Shown one piece after another: positions 1 through 14,162 of a DNA stretch of 64,000 nucleotides. Under the pieces are notes generated by a model. It made no database searches, was not told the DNA's origin, and saw only the letters and a list, made by a program, of their open reading frames with translations. Numbering within the stretch: the first letter of the stretch is position 1; each line of letters begins with the position of its first letter. A program made the position numbers and the translations under genes. Source of the stretch: the human T2T-CHM13v2.0 reference genome, Homo sapiens; contig CP086569.2 of NCBI GenBank assembly GCA_009914755.4, forward strand, positions 28,256,001 to 28,320,000, read 5' to 3'.

Positions 1-3000
1 CTCGAATAGAATGGACACGAATGCTCAAATTGAATGGACTCGAATGGAATGGAAACGAAAGGAATGTCATCGAATGGAATTGAATCGATTGGAATGAAAT
101 CGCATAGAATGGAGTGGAATCAAATGGAATTGAATCGAAAGGAAAGGAAGCGAATGGACTGAAATGAAATGGAATGGAATTGAATGGAAAGTAAAGCAAT
201 GGAATAGAATGGAACGAAATTTCACGGAATGGAATCAAACTGAATGGAATCAAATCAATGGAATATAATCAAATGGAATGGAAAGGAATTGAATGGAGTA
301 GATGGGATTGGATGGGATTGGAATGAAATGTACTGGAAAGGACTCGAATTTCATGAAACGGAATGGAATGAATTGGAACGGAATGGACTCGAATGGAATG
401 GAATGTCATGGAATGGCATCAAATGGAATGGAATCGAATGCAATGGAATGCTATGGAACGGAATGGAATGCATTGGAATGGAATGTCCTCTAATGGAATG
501 GATTCGAGTGGAATGGAATCGAATATAATGGAGTCGAATGAAATGGAATTGAAAGGAATGGGATCGAATACAATGGAATATACTGGAATGTAATGTAATG
601 AACTCGAATGTAATTGACTGGAATGGAATGTACATGAATGGAATGTAATCGAATGGAAAGTAATCCAATGGAATAGAATCTAATGCAAGAAAATCGACTC
701 AGATAGAGTAGAATGTAATGGAATGGAGTGCAGTGCAATGGAATGGAATGGAATGGAATGCAATGGAATGGAATGGAATGGGATGGAATGGTATGGAATG
801 GATAGTAATGGACTGGAGTGAAATGGACTGGAAAGGAATGGACTCAAATTGAAAGGGCTTGAAAGGAATGGAGTCAAATGGAATGGTCTGGAATGGAATG
901 AACACGAATGTAATGCAATCCAATAGAATGGAATCGAATGGCATGGAATATAAAGAAATGGAATCGAAGAGAATGGAAACAAACGGAATGGAATTGAATG
1001 GAATGGAATTGAATGGAATGGGAACGAATGGAGTGAAATTGTATGCAGTAGAAGAGAATAGAATGGAATGCAAGCGAAAGGAAAGGAATGGATTGGAATG
1101 GAATGGAATTCATGGGAATGGAAGGGAATATAGTGTAATGGACAGGCCTGGAATAAAGTGGAATGCTACGGTCTCGAATGGAATAAAAATGTATGGAATG
1201 GAATGCAAAGAAACGGAATCGAATGTCATAGAATGTAATGGAATGCAAAAAAATGGACTCCAAAATCATTGACTGGAAAGGCTGGGTGTCGAAAGGAATT
1301 GACTCCAATGGAATGGAATCGAATGGAATGGAAGTGAATAGAATCGAACTAAATCGAATGGAATGGAATTGATAGGAACGGAATGGAAAGGAATGAAATG
1401 ATTTGGCATGGAATGGAATCGAATGGCATCGAATGGAATGGAATGGAATGCAATGCAATGGAATGTATTAGAATGTAATGAACTTTAATGGAATGTACTC
1501 TAATGGATTCGACTGGAATGGAATGTTCTGGAAGTGAATGGACTCCAACGGAATGGATTGAAAAGGAATGGAATCGTACGGAATGGAATCTAATGGAATG
1601 GAATTAAATGGAAATGAATCAAATTGAATAGCACGGAATTGAATTGAATGGAATCGAATGCAATGGAATCTAATGAAACGGAAAGGAAAGGAATGGAATG
1701 GAATGGAATGGGCTGGAATGGAAAGGAATCGAAACGAATGGAATGGAATCGAACTGAAGAGACTGGAATGGAATGCACTGGAATGGAAGGGAGTGTAATG
1801 GAAGGTTCTCGAAAAAAATGGAATCGAATGGAATGGAATTGAATGGAACGGAATAGAGTCGAATGGAATTGAATGGAATGGAATGGACTAGAGTGAAATG
1901 GAATCGAACCACAAGGAATGGACAGGAATAGAATGGTCTCGAATTGAATGGAATCGTATGGAATGGCATCAAACGGAATGGAATGGACAGCCACGGAATG
2001 GAATGCACTCGAATGCAATGGAGTCGAACCTAATGGACTGGAATAGAATGGACTCGACTGGTACGGACTCCAATGGAATGGAATCGAATGGAAGGGAATC
2101 GAACGGAATGGACTCGAAGGGAAAAGACTGCAATGGAAAGGTCTCGAATGGAATGGAAATTAATGGAATGGAATGGAATCGAATGAAATGGAGTCAAAAG
2201 GAATGGAATCGAATGGCAAGAAATCGAATGTAATGGAATCGCAAGGAATTGATGTGAACGGAACGGAATGGAATGGAATCCAAAGAAATGGAATAGAATG
2301 GAATGGAATCGAATGGAAAGAACTCGAATGGAAATCACTCGAATAGAATGCAATTTAATAAAATAGGATGAAATGTAATTGAATGGAATGGAAAGGAATC
2401 GAAACGAAAGGAATGGAGACAGATGGAATGGAATGGAACAGAGAGCAATGGTATAGAATGGAATGGAATCATCTGGAATGGAATTGAATGGAATGGAATA
2501 ATATGAAATGGAATGGAATGGAATGGAATGCCCTTGAATTAAATGGACTGGAATGGAATGGACTCGAACAGAGTGGAATGGAATGTGTTGAGATAGAATG
2601 GAATGGACTCCTTTGGAATGGTCTAGTATGCAATGCAATCGACTGGCAGGGAATCAAAAGGAATGTAATCGAATGGATTGGACTGGAATGCAATGGACTC
2701 GAATAGATAGGAAACGGAATGCAAAGGAATGGAATGGAATAGTATGGAATGGAATGGAAAGGAATGGAGTGGAATAGACTAGAGTGGAATGGAATGGACT
2801 CGAAAGCAATGGACTGGAATGGAACTTTCTTGAATGGACTGGAATCAAACGGAATGGAATGCAATGCAATCAAATGGCATGGAATAAAATAGAATGAAAG
2901 AGAATCAAATGGAATTGAATCGAATGGAATCGAATGGATTGGAAAGGAATAGAATGGAATGGAATGGAATTGACTCAAATGGAATGGAGTAGAATGGAAT

Positions 3001-3520
3001 GGATTCGAATGGAAGGCAAAGGAATGGAATCTATTGGAATGGACAGCAATGGAATGGAAAGGAAGGGATTGGAATGGACTCGAATGGAATGGACTGCAAT
3101 AGAAAGGATTCGAATGGAATGAAAAAGAATTGAATGGAATAGAACAGAATGGAATCAAATCGAATGAAATGGAATGGAATAGAAAGGAATGGAATGAAAT
3201 GGAATGGAAAGGATTCGAATGGAATGCAATCGAATGGAATGGAATCGAACGGAATGGAATAAAATGGAAGAAAACTGGCAAGAAATGGAATCGAAATGAA
3301 TGGAGTGTTATGGAACGGACTCCAAAGGAATTGAATGTAATAGAATGGATTGGAGTGGACTCGAATATAATGGACTGGAATGGAATGAAATCACATGGAA
3401 TGGGAACGAATGGAATGGAATGGAAAGGAATGGAATCGAATGGAAAGGAATCGAATGGAAGGGAATGAAATTGAATCAACAGGAATGGAAGGGAATAGAA
3501 TAGACGGTAATGGAATGGAC
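1..3520 (+). repeat. HOR unit 1 (3520 bp)
   Basis: Bounded by recurrences of the anchor 'ctcgaatagaatggacacgaatgctc' at 1 and 3521. Carries the private variants 'gggcttgaaagg' (~851) and 'ccaacggaatggattg' (~1545), both shared with unit 7. Confidence 0.9.
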
Positions 3521-6500
3521 TCGAATAGAATGGACACGAATGCTCAAATTGAATGGAATCGAATGGAATGGAAACGAAAGGAATGTCATCGAATGGAATG
3601 GAATCGATTGGAATGAAATCGCATAGAATGGAGTGGAATCAAATGGAATTGAATCGAAAGGAAAGGAAGCGAATGGACTGAAATGAAATGGAATGGAATT
3701 GAATGGAAAGTAAAGCAATGGAATAGAATGGAACGAAATTTCACGGAATGGAATCAAACTGAATGGAATCAAATCAATGGAATATAATCAAATGGAATGG
3801 AAAGGAATTGAATGGAGTAGATGGGATTGGATGGGATTGGAATGAAATGTACTGGAAAGGACTCGAATTTCATGAAACGGAATGGAATGAATTGGAACGG
3901 AATGGACTCGAATGGAATGGAATGTCATGGAATGGCATCAAATGGAATGGCATCAAATGGAATGGAATCGAATGCAATGGAATGCTATGGAACGGAATGG
4001 AATGCATTGGAATGGAATGTCCTCTAATGGAATGGATTCGAGTGGAATGGAATCGAATATAATGGAGTCGAATGAAATGTAATTGAAAGGAATGGGATCG
4101 AATACAATGGAATATACTGGAATGTAATGTAATGAACTCGAATGTAATTGACTGGAATGGAATGTACATGAATGGAATGTAATCGAATGGAAAGTAATCC
4201 AATGGAATAGAATCTAATGCAATTAAATCGACTCAGATAGACTAGAATGTAATGGAATGGAGTGCAGTGCAATGGAATGGAATGGAATGGAATGCAATGG
4301 AATGGAATGGAATGGAATGGAATGCAATGGAATGGAATGGAATGGGATGGAATGGTATGGAATGGAATGGAATGGAATGGAATGGGATGGAATGGTATGG
4401 AATGGATAGTAATGGACTGGAGTGAAATGGACTGGAAAGGAATGGACTCAAATTAAAAGGGCTCGAAAGGAATGGAGTCAAATGGAATGGTCTGGAATGC
4501 AATGAACACGAATGTAATGCAATCCAATAGAATGGAATCGAATGGCATGGAATATAAAGAAATGGAATCGAAGAGAATGGAAACAAACGGAATGGAATTG
4601 AATGGAATGGAATTGAATGGAATGGGAACGAATGGAGTGAAATTGTATGCAGTAGAAGAGAATAGAATGGAATGCAAGCGAAAGGAAAGGAATGGATTGG
4701 AATGGAATGGAATTCATTGGAATGGAAGGGAATGTAGTGTAATGGACAGGCCTGGAATAAAGTGGAATGCTACGGTCTCGAATGGAATAAAAATGTATGG
4801 AATGGAATGCAATGAAACGGAATCGAATGTCATAGAATGTAATGGAATGCAAAAAAATGGACTCCAAAATCATTGACTGGAAAGGCTGGGTGTCGAAAGG
4901 AATTGACTCCAATGGAATGGAATCGAATGGAATGGAAGTGAATAGAATCGAACTAAATCGAATGGAATGGAATTGATAGGAACGGAATGGAAAGGAATGA
5001 AATGATTTAGCATGGAATGGAATCGAATGGCATCGAATGGAATGGAATGGAATGCAATGCAATGGAATGTTTTAGAATGTAATGAACTTTAATGGAATGT
5101 ACTCAAATGGATTCGACTGGAATGGAATGTTCTGGAAATGAATGGACTCCAATGGAATGGATTGAAAAGGAATGGAATCGTACGGAATGGAATCTAATGG
5201 AATGGAATTAAATGGAAATGAATCAAATTGAATAGCACGGAATTGAATTGAATGGAATCGAATGCAATGGAATCTAATGAAACGGAAAGGAAAGGAATGG
5301 AATGGAATGGAATGGGCTGGAATGGAAAGGAATCGAAACGAATGGAATGGAAACGAACTGAAGAGACTGGAATGGAATGCACTGGAATGGAAGGGAGTGT
5401 AATGGAAGGTTCTCGAAAAAAATGGAATCGAATGGAATGGAATTGAATGGAACGGAATAGAGTCGAATGGAATTGAATGGAATGGAATGGACTAGAGTGA
5501 AATGGAATCGAACCACAAGGAATGGACAGGAATAGAATGGTCTCGAATTGAATGGAATCGTATGGAATGGCATCAAACGGAATGGAATGGACAGCCACGG
5601 AATGGAATGCACTCGAATGCAATGGAGTCGAAACTAATGGACTGGAATAGAATGGACTCGACTGGTACGGACTCCAATGGAATGGAATCGAATGGAAGGG
5701 AATCGAACGGAATGGACTCGAAGGGAAAAGACTGCAATGGAAAGGTCTCGAATGGAATGGAAATTAATGGAATGGAATGGAATCGAATGAAATGGAGTCA
5801 AAAGGAATGGAATCGAATGGCAAGAAATCGAATGTAATGGAATCGCAAGGAATTGATGTGAACGGAACGGAATGGAATGGAATCCAAAGAAATGGAATAG
5901 AATGGAATGGAATCGAATGGAAAGAACTCGAATGGAAATCACTCGAATAGAATGCAATTTAATAAAATAGGATGAAATGTAATGGAATGGAATGGAAAGG
6001 AATCGAAACGAAAGGAATGGAGACAGATGGAATGGAATGGAACAGAGAGCAATGGTATAGAATGGAATGGAATCATCTGGAATGGAATTGAATGGAATGG
6101 AATAATATGAAATGGAATGGAATGGAATGGAATGCCCTTGAATTAAATGGACTGGAATGGAATGGACTCGAACAGAGTGGAATGGAATGTGTTGAGATAG
6201 AATGGAATGGACTCCTTTGGAATGGTCTAGTATGCAATGCAATCGACTGGCAGGGAATCAAAAGGAATGTAATCGAATGGATTGGACTGGAATGCAATGG
6301 ACTCGAATAGATTGGAAACGGAATGCAAAGGAATGGAATGGAATAGTATGGAATGGAATGGAAAGGAATGGAGTGGAATAGACTAGAGTGGAATGGAATG
6401 GACTCGAAAGCAATGGACTGGAATGGAACTTTCTTGAATGGACTGGAATCAAACGGAATGGAATGCAATGCAATCAAATGGCATGGAATAAAATAGAATG

Positions 6501-7123
6501 AAAGAGAATCAAATGGAATTGAATCGAATGCAATCGAATGGATTGGAAAGGAATAGAATGGAATGGAATGGAATTGACTCAAATGGAATGGACTAGAATG
6601 GAATGGATTCGAATGGAAGGCAAAGGAATGGAATCTATTGGAATGGACAGCAATGGAATGGAAAGGAAGGGATTGGAATGGACTCGAATGGAATGGACTG
6701 CAATAGAAAGGATTCGAATGGAATGAAAAAGAATTGAATGGAATAGAACAGAATGGAATCAAATCGAATGAAATGGAATGGAATAGAAAGGAATGGAATG
6801 AAATGGAATGGAAAGGATTCGAATGGAATGCAATCGAATGGAATGGAATCGAACGGAATGGAATAAAATGGAAGAAAACTGGCAAGAAATGGAATCGAAA
6901 TGAATGGAGTGTTATGGAACGGACTCCAAAGGAATTGAATGTAATAGAATGGAGTGGAGTGGACTCGAATATAATGGACTGGAATGGAATGAAATCACAT
7001 GGAATGGGAACGAATGGAATGGAATGGAAAGGAATGGAATCGAATGGAAAGGAATCGAATGGAAGGGAATGAAATTGAATCAACAGGAATGGAAGGGAAT
7101 AGAATAGACGGTAATGGAATGGA
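3521..7123 (+). repeat. HOR unit 2 (3603 bp; long variant)
   Basis: Anchor at 3521 and 7124. About 84 bp longer than the base unit. It has a 15-bp duplication 'ggcatcaaatggaat' (~3941-3970) and an expanded near-pure (GGAAT)n tract at 4262-4410, against 724-800 in unit 1. It also has the 'gcaattaaatcg' variant at ~4219. Confidence 0.9.
4262..4410 (+). repeat. Expanded near-pure (GGAAT)n microsatellite-like tract inside unit 2 (about 30 pentamers, against about 15 in the base unit)
   Basis: The sequence reads 'aatggaatggaatggaatgcaatggaatgg...' with almost no interruption, roughly twice the length of the homologous tract at 724-800. This is a slippage or unequal-exchange expansion. Confidence 0.85.
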
Positions 7124-10100
7124 CTCGAATAGAATGGACACGAATGCTCAAATTGAATGGACTCGAATGGAATGGAAACGAAAGGAATGTCATCGAATGG
7201 AATTGAATCGATTGGAATGAAATCGCATAGAATGGAGTGGAATCAAATGGAATTGAATCGAAAGGAAAGGAAGCGAATGGACTGAAATGAAATGGAATGG
7301 AATTGAATGGAAAGTAAAGCAATGGAATAGAATGGAACGAAATTTCACGGAATGGAATCAAACTGAATGGAATCAAATCAATGGAATATAATCAAATGGA
7401 ATGGAAAGGAATTGAATGGAGTAGATGGGATTGGATGGGATTGGAATGAAATGTACTGGAAAGGACTCGAATTTCATGAAACGGAATGGAATGAATTGGA
7501 ACGGAATGGACTCGAATGGAATGGAATGTCATGGAATGGCATCAAATGGAATGGAATCGAATGCAATGGAATGCTATGGAATGGAATGGAATGCATTGGA
7601 ATGGAATGTCCTCTAATGGAATGGATTCGAGTGGAATGGAATCGAATATAATGGAGTCGAATGAAATGGAATTGAAAGGAATGGGATCGAATACAATGGA
7701 ATATACTGGAATGTAATGTAATGAACTCGAATGTAATTGACTGGAATGGAATGTACATGAATGGAATGTAATCGAATGGAAAGTAATCCAATGGAATAGA
7801 ATCTAATGCAAGAAAATCGACTCAGATAGAGTAGAATGTAATGGAATGGAGTGCAGTGCAATGGAATGGAATGGAATGGAATGCAATGGAATGGAATGGA
7901 ATGGGATGGAATGGTATGGAATGGATAGTAATGGACTGGAGTGAAATGGACTGGAAAGGAATGGACTCAAATTGAAAGGGCTCGAAAGGAATGGAGTCAA
8001 ATGGAATGGTCTGGAATGGAATGAACACGAATGTAATGCAATCCAATAGAATGGAATCTAATGGCATGGAATATAAAGAAATGGAATCGAAGAGAATGGA
8101 AACAAACGGAATGGAATTGAATGGAATGGAATTGAATGGAATGGGAACGAATGTAGTGAAATTGTATGCAGTAGAAGAGAATAGAATGGAATGCAAGCGA
8201 AAGGAAAGGAATGGATTGGAATGGAATGGAATTCATGGGAATGGAAGGGAATGTAGTGTAATGGACAGGCCTGGAATAAAGTGGAATGCTACGGTCTCGA
8301 ATGGAATAAAAATGTATGGAATGGAATGCAAAGAAACGGAATCGAATGTCATAGAATGTAATGGAATGCAAAAAAATGGACTCCAAAATCATTGACTGGA
8401 AAGGCTGGGTGTCGAAAGGAATTGACTCCAATGGAATGGAATCGAATGGAATGGAAGTGAATAGAATCGAACTAAATCGAATGGAATGGAATTGATAGGA
8501 ACGGAATGGAAAGGAATGAAATGATTTGGCATGGAATGGAATCGAATGGCATCGAATGGAATGGAATGGAATGCAATGCAATGGAATGTATTAGAATGTA
8601 ATGAACTTTAATGGAATGTACTCGAATGGATTCGACTGGAATGGAATGTTCTGGAAGTGAATGGACTCCAATGGAATGGATTGAAAAGGAATGGAATCGT
8701 ACGGAATGGAATCTAATGGAATGGAATTAAATGGAAATGAATCAAATTGAATAGCACGGAATTGAATTGAATGGAATCGAATGCAATGGAATCTAATGAA
8801 ACGGAAAGGAAAGGAATGGAATGGAATGGAATGGGCTGGAATGGAAAGGAATCGAAACGAATGGAATGGAATCGAACTGAAGAGACTGGAATGGAATGCA
8901 CTGGAATGGAAGGGAGTGTAATGGAAGGTTCTCGAAAAAAATGGAATCGAATGGAATGGAATTGAATGGAACGGAATAGAGTCGAATGGAATTGAATGGA
9001 ATGGAATGGACTAGAGTGAAATGGAATCGAACCACAAGGAATGGACAGGAATAGAATGGTCTCGAATTGAATGGAATCGTATGGAATGGCATCAAACGGA
9101 ATGGAATGGACAGCCACGGAATGGAATGCACTCGAATGCAATGGAGTCGAACCTAATGGACTGGAATAGAATGGACTCGACTGGTACGGACTCCAATGGA
9201 ATGGAATCGAATGGAAGGGAATCGAACGGAATGGACTCGAAGGGAAAAGACTGCAATGGAAAGGTCTCGAATGGAATGGAAATTAATGGAATGGAATGGA
9301 ATCGAATGAAATGGAGTCAAAAGGAATGGAATCGAATGGCAAGAAATCGAATGTAATGGAATCGCAAGGAATTGATGTGAACGGAACGGAATGGAATGGA
9401 ATCCAAAGAAATGGAATAGAATGGAATGGAATCGAATGGAAAGAACTCGAATGGAAATCACTCGAATAGAATGCAATTTAATAAAATAGGATGAAATGTA
9501 ATTGAATGGAATGGAAAGGAATCGAAACGAAAGGAATGGAGACAGATGGAATGGAATGGAACAGAGAGCAATGGTATAGAATGGAATGGAATCATCTGGA
9601 ATGGAATTGAATGGAATGGAATAATATGAAATTGAATGGAATGGAATGGAATGCCCTTGAATTAAATGGACTGGAATGGAATGGACTCGAACAGAGTGGA
9701 ATGGAATGTGTTGAGATAGAATGGAATGGACTCCTTTGGAATGGTCTAGTATGCAATGCAATCGACTGGCAGGGAATCAAAAGGAATGTAATCGAATGGA
9801 TTGGACTGGAATGCAATGGACTCGAATAGATAGGAAACGGAATGCAAAGGAATGGAATGGAATAGTATGGAATGGAATGGAAAGGAATGGAGTGGAATAG
9901 ACTAGAGTGGAATGGAATGGACTCGAAAGCAATGGACTGGAATGGAACTTTCTTGAATGGACTGGAATCAAACGGAATGGAATGCAATGCAATCAAATGG
10001 CATGGAATAAAATAGAATGAAAGAGAATCAAATGGAATTGAATCGAATGGAATCGAATGGATTGGAAAGGAACAGAATGGAATGGAATGGAATTGACTCA

Positions 10101-10642
10101 AATGGAATGGACTAGAATGGAATGGATTCGAATGGAAGGCAAAGGAATGGAATCTATTGGAATGGACAGCAATGGAATGGAAAGGAAGGGATTGGAATGG
10201 ACTCGAATGGAATGGACTGCAATAGAAAGGATTCGAATGGAATGAAAAAGAATTGAATGGAATAGAACAGAATGGAATCAAATCGAATGAAATGGAATGG
10301 AATAGAAAGGAATGGAATGAAATGGAATGGAAAGGATTCGAATGGAATGCAATCGAATGGAATGGAATTGAACGGAATGGAATAAAATGGAAGAAAACTG
10401 GCAAGAAATGGAATCGAAATGAATGGAGTGTTATGGAACGGACTCCAAAGGAATTGAATGTAATAGAATGGAGTGGAGTGGACTCGAATATAATGGACTG
10501 GAATGGAATGAAATCACATGGAATGGGAACGAATGGAATGGAATGGAAAGGAATGGAATCGAATGGAAAGGAATCGAATGGAAGGGAATGAAATTGAATC
10601 AACAGGAACGGAAGGGAATAGAATAGACGGTAATGGAATGGA
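7124..10642 (+). repeat. HOR unit 3 (3519 bp)
   Basis: Anchor recurrence. Variants 'gaacgaatgtagtgaaattg' (GTNVV) and NFTTFV are shared with units 6 and 9. Confidence 0.9.
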
Positions 10643-13600
10643 CTCGAATAGAATGGACACGAATGCTCAAATTGAATGGACTCGAATGGAATGGAAACGA
10701 AAGGAATGTCATCGAATGGAATTGAATCGATTGGAATGAAATCGCATAGAATGGAGTGGAATCAAATGGAATTGAATCGAAAGGAAAGGAAGCGAATGGA
10801 CTGAAATGAAATGGAATGGAATTGAATGGAAAGTAAAGCAATGGAATAGAATGGAACGAAATTTCACGGAATGGAATCAAACTGAATGGAATCAAATCAA
10901 TGGAATATAATCAAATGGAATGGAAAGGAATTGAATGGAGTAGATGGGATTGGATGGGATTGGAATGAAATGTACTGGAAAGGACTCGAATTTCATGAAA
11001 CGGAATGGAATGAATTGGAACGGAATGGACTCGAATGGAATGGAATGTCATGGAATGGCATCAAATGGAATGGAATCGAATGCAATGGAATGCTATGGAA
11101 TGGAATGGAATGCATTGGAATGGAATGTCCTCTAATGGAATGGATTCGAGTGGAATGGAATCGAATATAATGGAGTCGAATGAAATGGAATTGAAAGGAA
11201 TGGGATCGAATACAATGGAATATACTGGAATGTAATGTAATGAACTCGAATGTAATTGACTGGAATGGAATGTACATGAATGGAATGTAATCGAATGGAA
11301 AGTAATCCAATGGAATAGAATCTAATGCAAGAAAATCGACTCAGATAGAGTAGAATGTAATGGAATGGAGTGCAGTGCAATGGAATGGAATGGAATGGAA
11401 TGCAATGGAATGGAATGGAATGGGATGGAATGGTATGGAATGGATAGTAATGGACTGGAGTGAAATGGACTGGAAAGGAATGGACTCAAATTGAAAGGGC
11501 TCGAAAGGAATGGAGTCAAATGGAATGGTCTGGAATGGAATGAACACGAATGTAATGCAATCCAATAGAATGGAATCGAATGGCATGGAATATAAAGAAA
11601 TGGAATCGAAGAGAATGGAAACAAACGGAATGGAATTGAATGGAATGGAATTGAATGGAATGGGAACGAATGGAGTGAAATTGTATGCAGTAGAAGAGAA
11701 TAGAATGGAATGCAAGCGAAAGGAAAGGAATGGATTGGAATGGAATGGAATTCATTGGAATGGAAGGGAATGTAGTGTAATGGACAGGCCTGGAATAAAG
11801 TGGAATGCTACGGTCTCGAATGGAATAAAAATGTATGGAATGGAATGCAATGAAACGGAATCGAATGTCATAGAATGTAATGGAATGCAAAAAAATGGAC
11901 TCCAAAATCATTGACTGGAAAGGCTGGGTGTCGAAAGGAATTGACTCCAATGGAATGGAATCGAATGGAATGGAAGTGAATAGAATCGAACTAAATCGAA
12001 TGGAATGGAATTGATAGGAACGGAATGGAAAGGAATGAAATGATTTAGCATGGAATGGAATCGAATGGCATCGAATGGAATGGAATGGAATGCAATGCAA
12101 TGGAATGTATTAGAATGTAATGAACTTTAATGGAATGTACTCGAATGGATTCGACTGGAATGGAATGTTCTGGAAGTGAATGGACTCCAATGGAATGGAT
12201 TGAAAAGGAATGGAATCGTACGGAATGGAATCTAATGGAATGGAATTAAATGGAAATGAATGAAATTGAATAGCACGGAATTGAATTGAATGGAATCGAA
12301 TGCAATGGAATCTAATGAAACGGAAAGGAAAGGAATGGAATGGAATGGAATGGGCTGGAATGGAAAGGAATCGAAACGAATGGAATGGAATCGAACTGAA
12401 GAGACTGGAATGGAATGCACTGGAATGGAAGGGAGTGTAATGGAAGATTCTCGAAAAAAATGGAATTGAATGGAATGGAATTGAATGGAACGGAATAGAG
12501 TCGAATGGAATTGAATGGAATGGAATGGACTAGAGTGAAATGGAATCGAACCACAAGGAATGGACAGGAATAGAATGGTCTCGAATTGAATGGAATCGTA
12601 TGGAATGGCATCAAACGGAATGGAATGGACAGCCACGGAATGGAATGCACTCGAATGCAATGGAGTCGAAACTAATGGACTGGAATAGAATGGACTCGAC
12701 TGGTACGGACTCCAATGGAATGGAATCGAATGGAAGGGAATCGAACGGAATGGACTCGAAGGGAAAAGACTGCAATGGAAAGGTCTCGAATGGAATGGAA
12801 ATTAATGGAATGGAATGGAATCGAATGAAATGGAGTCAAAAGGAATGGAATCGAATGGCAAGAAATCGAATGTAATGGAATCGCAAGGAATTGATGTGAA
12901 CGGAACGGAATGGAATGGAATCCAAAGAAATGGAATAGAATGGAATGGAATCGAATGGAAAGAACTCGAATGGAAATCACTCGAATAGAATGCAATTTAA
13001 TAAAATAGGATGAAATGTAATGGAATGGAATGGAAAGGAATCGAAACGAAAGGAATGGAGACAGATGGAATGGAATGGAACAGAGAGAAATGGTATAGAA
13101 TGGAATGGAATCATCTGGAATGGAATTGAATGGAATGGAATAATATGAAATGGAATGGAATGGAATGGAATGCCCTTGAATTAAATGGACTGGAATGGAA
13201 TGGACTCGAACAGAGTGTAATGGAATGTGTTGAGATAGAATGGAATGGACTCCTTTGGAATGGTCTAGTATGCAATGCAATGGACTGGCAGGGAATCAAA
13301 AGGAATGTAATCGAATGGATTGGACTGGAATGCAATGGACTCGAATAGATTGGAAACGGAATGCAAAGGAATGGAATGGAATAGTATGGAATGGAATGGA
13401 AAGGAATGGAGTGGAATAGACTAGAGTGGAATGGAATGGACTCGAAAGCAATGGACTGGAATGGAACTTTCTTGAATGGACTGGAATCAAACGGAATGGA
13501 ATGCAATGCAATCAAATGGCATGGAATAAAATAGAATGAAAGAGAATCAAATGGAATTGAATCGAATGCAATCGAATGGATTGGAAAGGAATAGAATGGA

Positions 13601-14162
13601 ATGGAATGGAATTGACTCAAATGGAATGGACTAGAATGGAATGGATTCGAATGGAAGGCAAAGGAATGGAATCTATTGGAATGGACAGCAATGGAATGGA
13701 AAGGAAGGGATTGGAATGGACTCGAATGGAATGGACTGCAATAGAAAGGATTCGAATGGAATGAAAAAGAATTGAATGGAATAGAACAGAATGGAATCAA
13801 ATCGAATGAAATGGAATGGAATAGAAAGGAATGGAATGAAATGGAATGGAAAGGATTCGAATGGAATGCAATCGAATGGAATGGAATCGAACGGAATGGA
13901 ATAAAATGGAAGAAAACTGGCAAGAAATGGAATCGAAATGAATGGAGTGTTATGGAACGGACTCCAAAGGAATTGAATGTAATAGAATGGAGTGGAGTGG
14001 ACTCGAATATAATGGACTGGAATGGAATGAAATCACAATGGAATGGGAACGAATGGAATGGAATGGAAAGGAATGGAATCGAATGGAAAGGAATCGAATG
14101 GAAGGGAATGAAATTGAATCAACAGGAATGGAAGGGAATAGAATAGACGGTAATGGAATGGA
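10643..14162 (+). repeat. HOR unit 4 (3520 bp)
   Basis: Anchor recurrence. Near-identical to unit 5: both have 'ggaagattctcgaaaaaaatggaattg' and 'tgaatgaaattg'. It has a 1-bp insertion at ~14037 ('aatcacaatgg'), which merges two ORFs. Confidence 0.9.

Noticed and set aside
1141-1300. Non-pentameric, more complex segments inside each unit that might be inserted foreign sequence or a transposon fragment (for example 'gacaggcctggaataaagtggaatgctacggtctcg ... ccaaaatcattgactggaaaggctgggtgtcgaaagg')
   Set aside because: They still parse as diverged GGAAT-derived pentamers (ggaat, gaaag, ggctg and similar). They have no poly-A tail, target-site duplication or terminal repeat, and they recur in phase in every unit. 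They are the diverged, unit-defining part of the HOR and not an insertion.
2340-2380. An AT-rich block 'gcaatttaataaaataggatgaaatgtaattg' recurring once per unit, considered as a possible regulatory or matrix-attachment motif
   Set aside because: It is short and explainable as a decayed stretch of pentamers (AATTT/AATAA). Nothing in the sequence supports a specific regulatory assignment.
2469-3479. A 336-aa minus-strand ORF recurring in about 16 of 18 units (for example 6073-7083 and 9592-10602), plus roughly 560 other ORFs of 60-270 aa on both strands. These could be mistaken for a conserved, duplicated gene family.
   Set aside because: The translations are pure low-complexity pentamer readouts: IPFHS/FHSIP on the minus strand and MEWNG/NGMEW on the plus strand. 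(GGAAT)n and (ATTCC)n contain no stop codon in any of the six frames, so ORF length simply measures distance between chance mutations. There is no codon-usage structure, no plausible domains, and no RBS or promoter context. 'Conservation' between copies comes from DNA-level tandem duplication and not from selection on protein. Overlapping ORFs on both strands cover the same bases.
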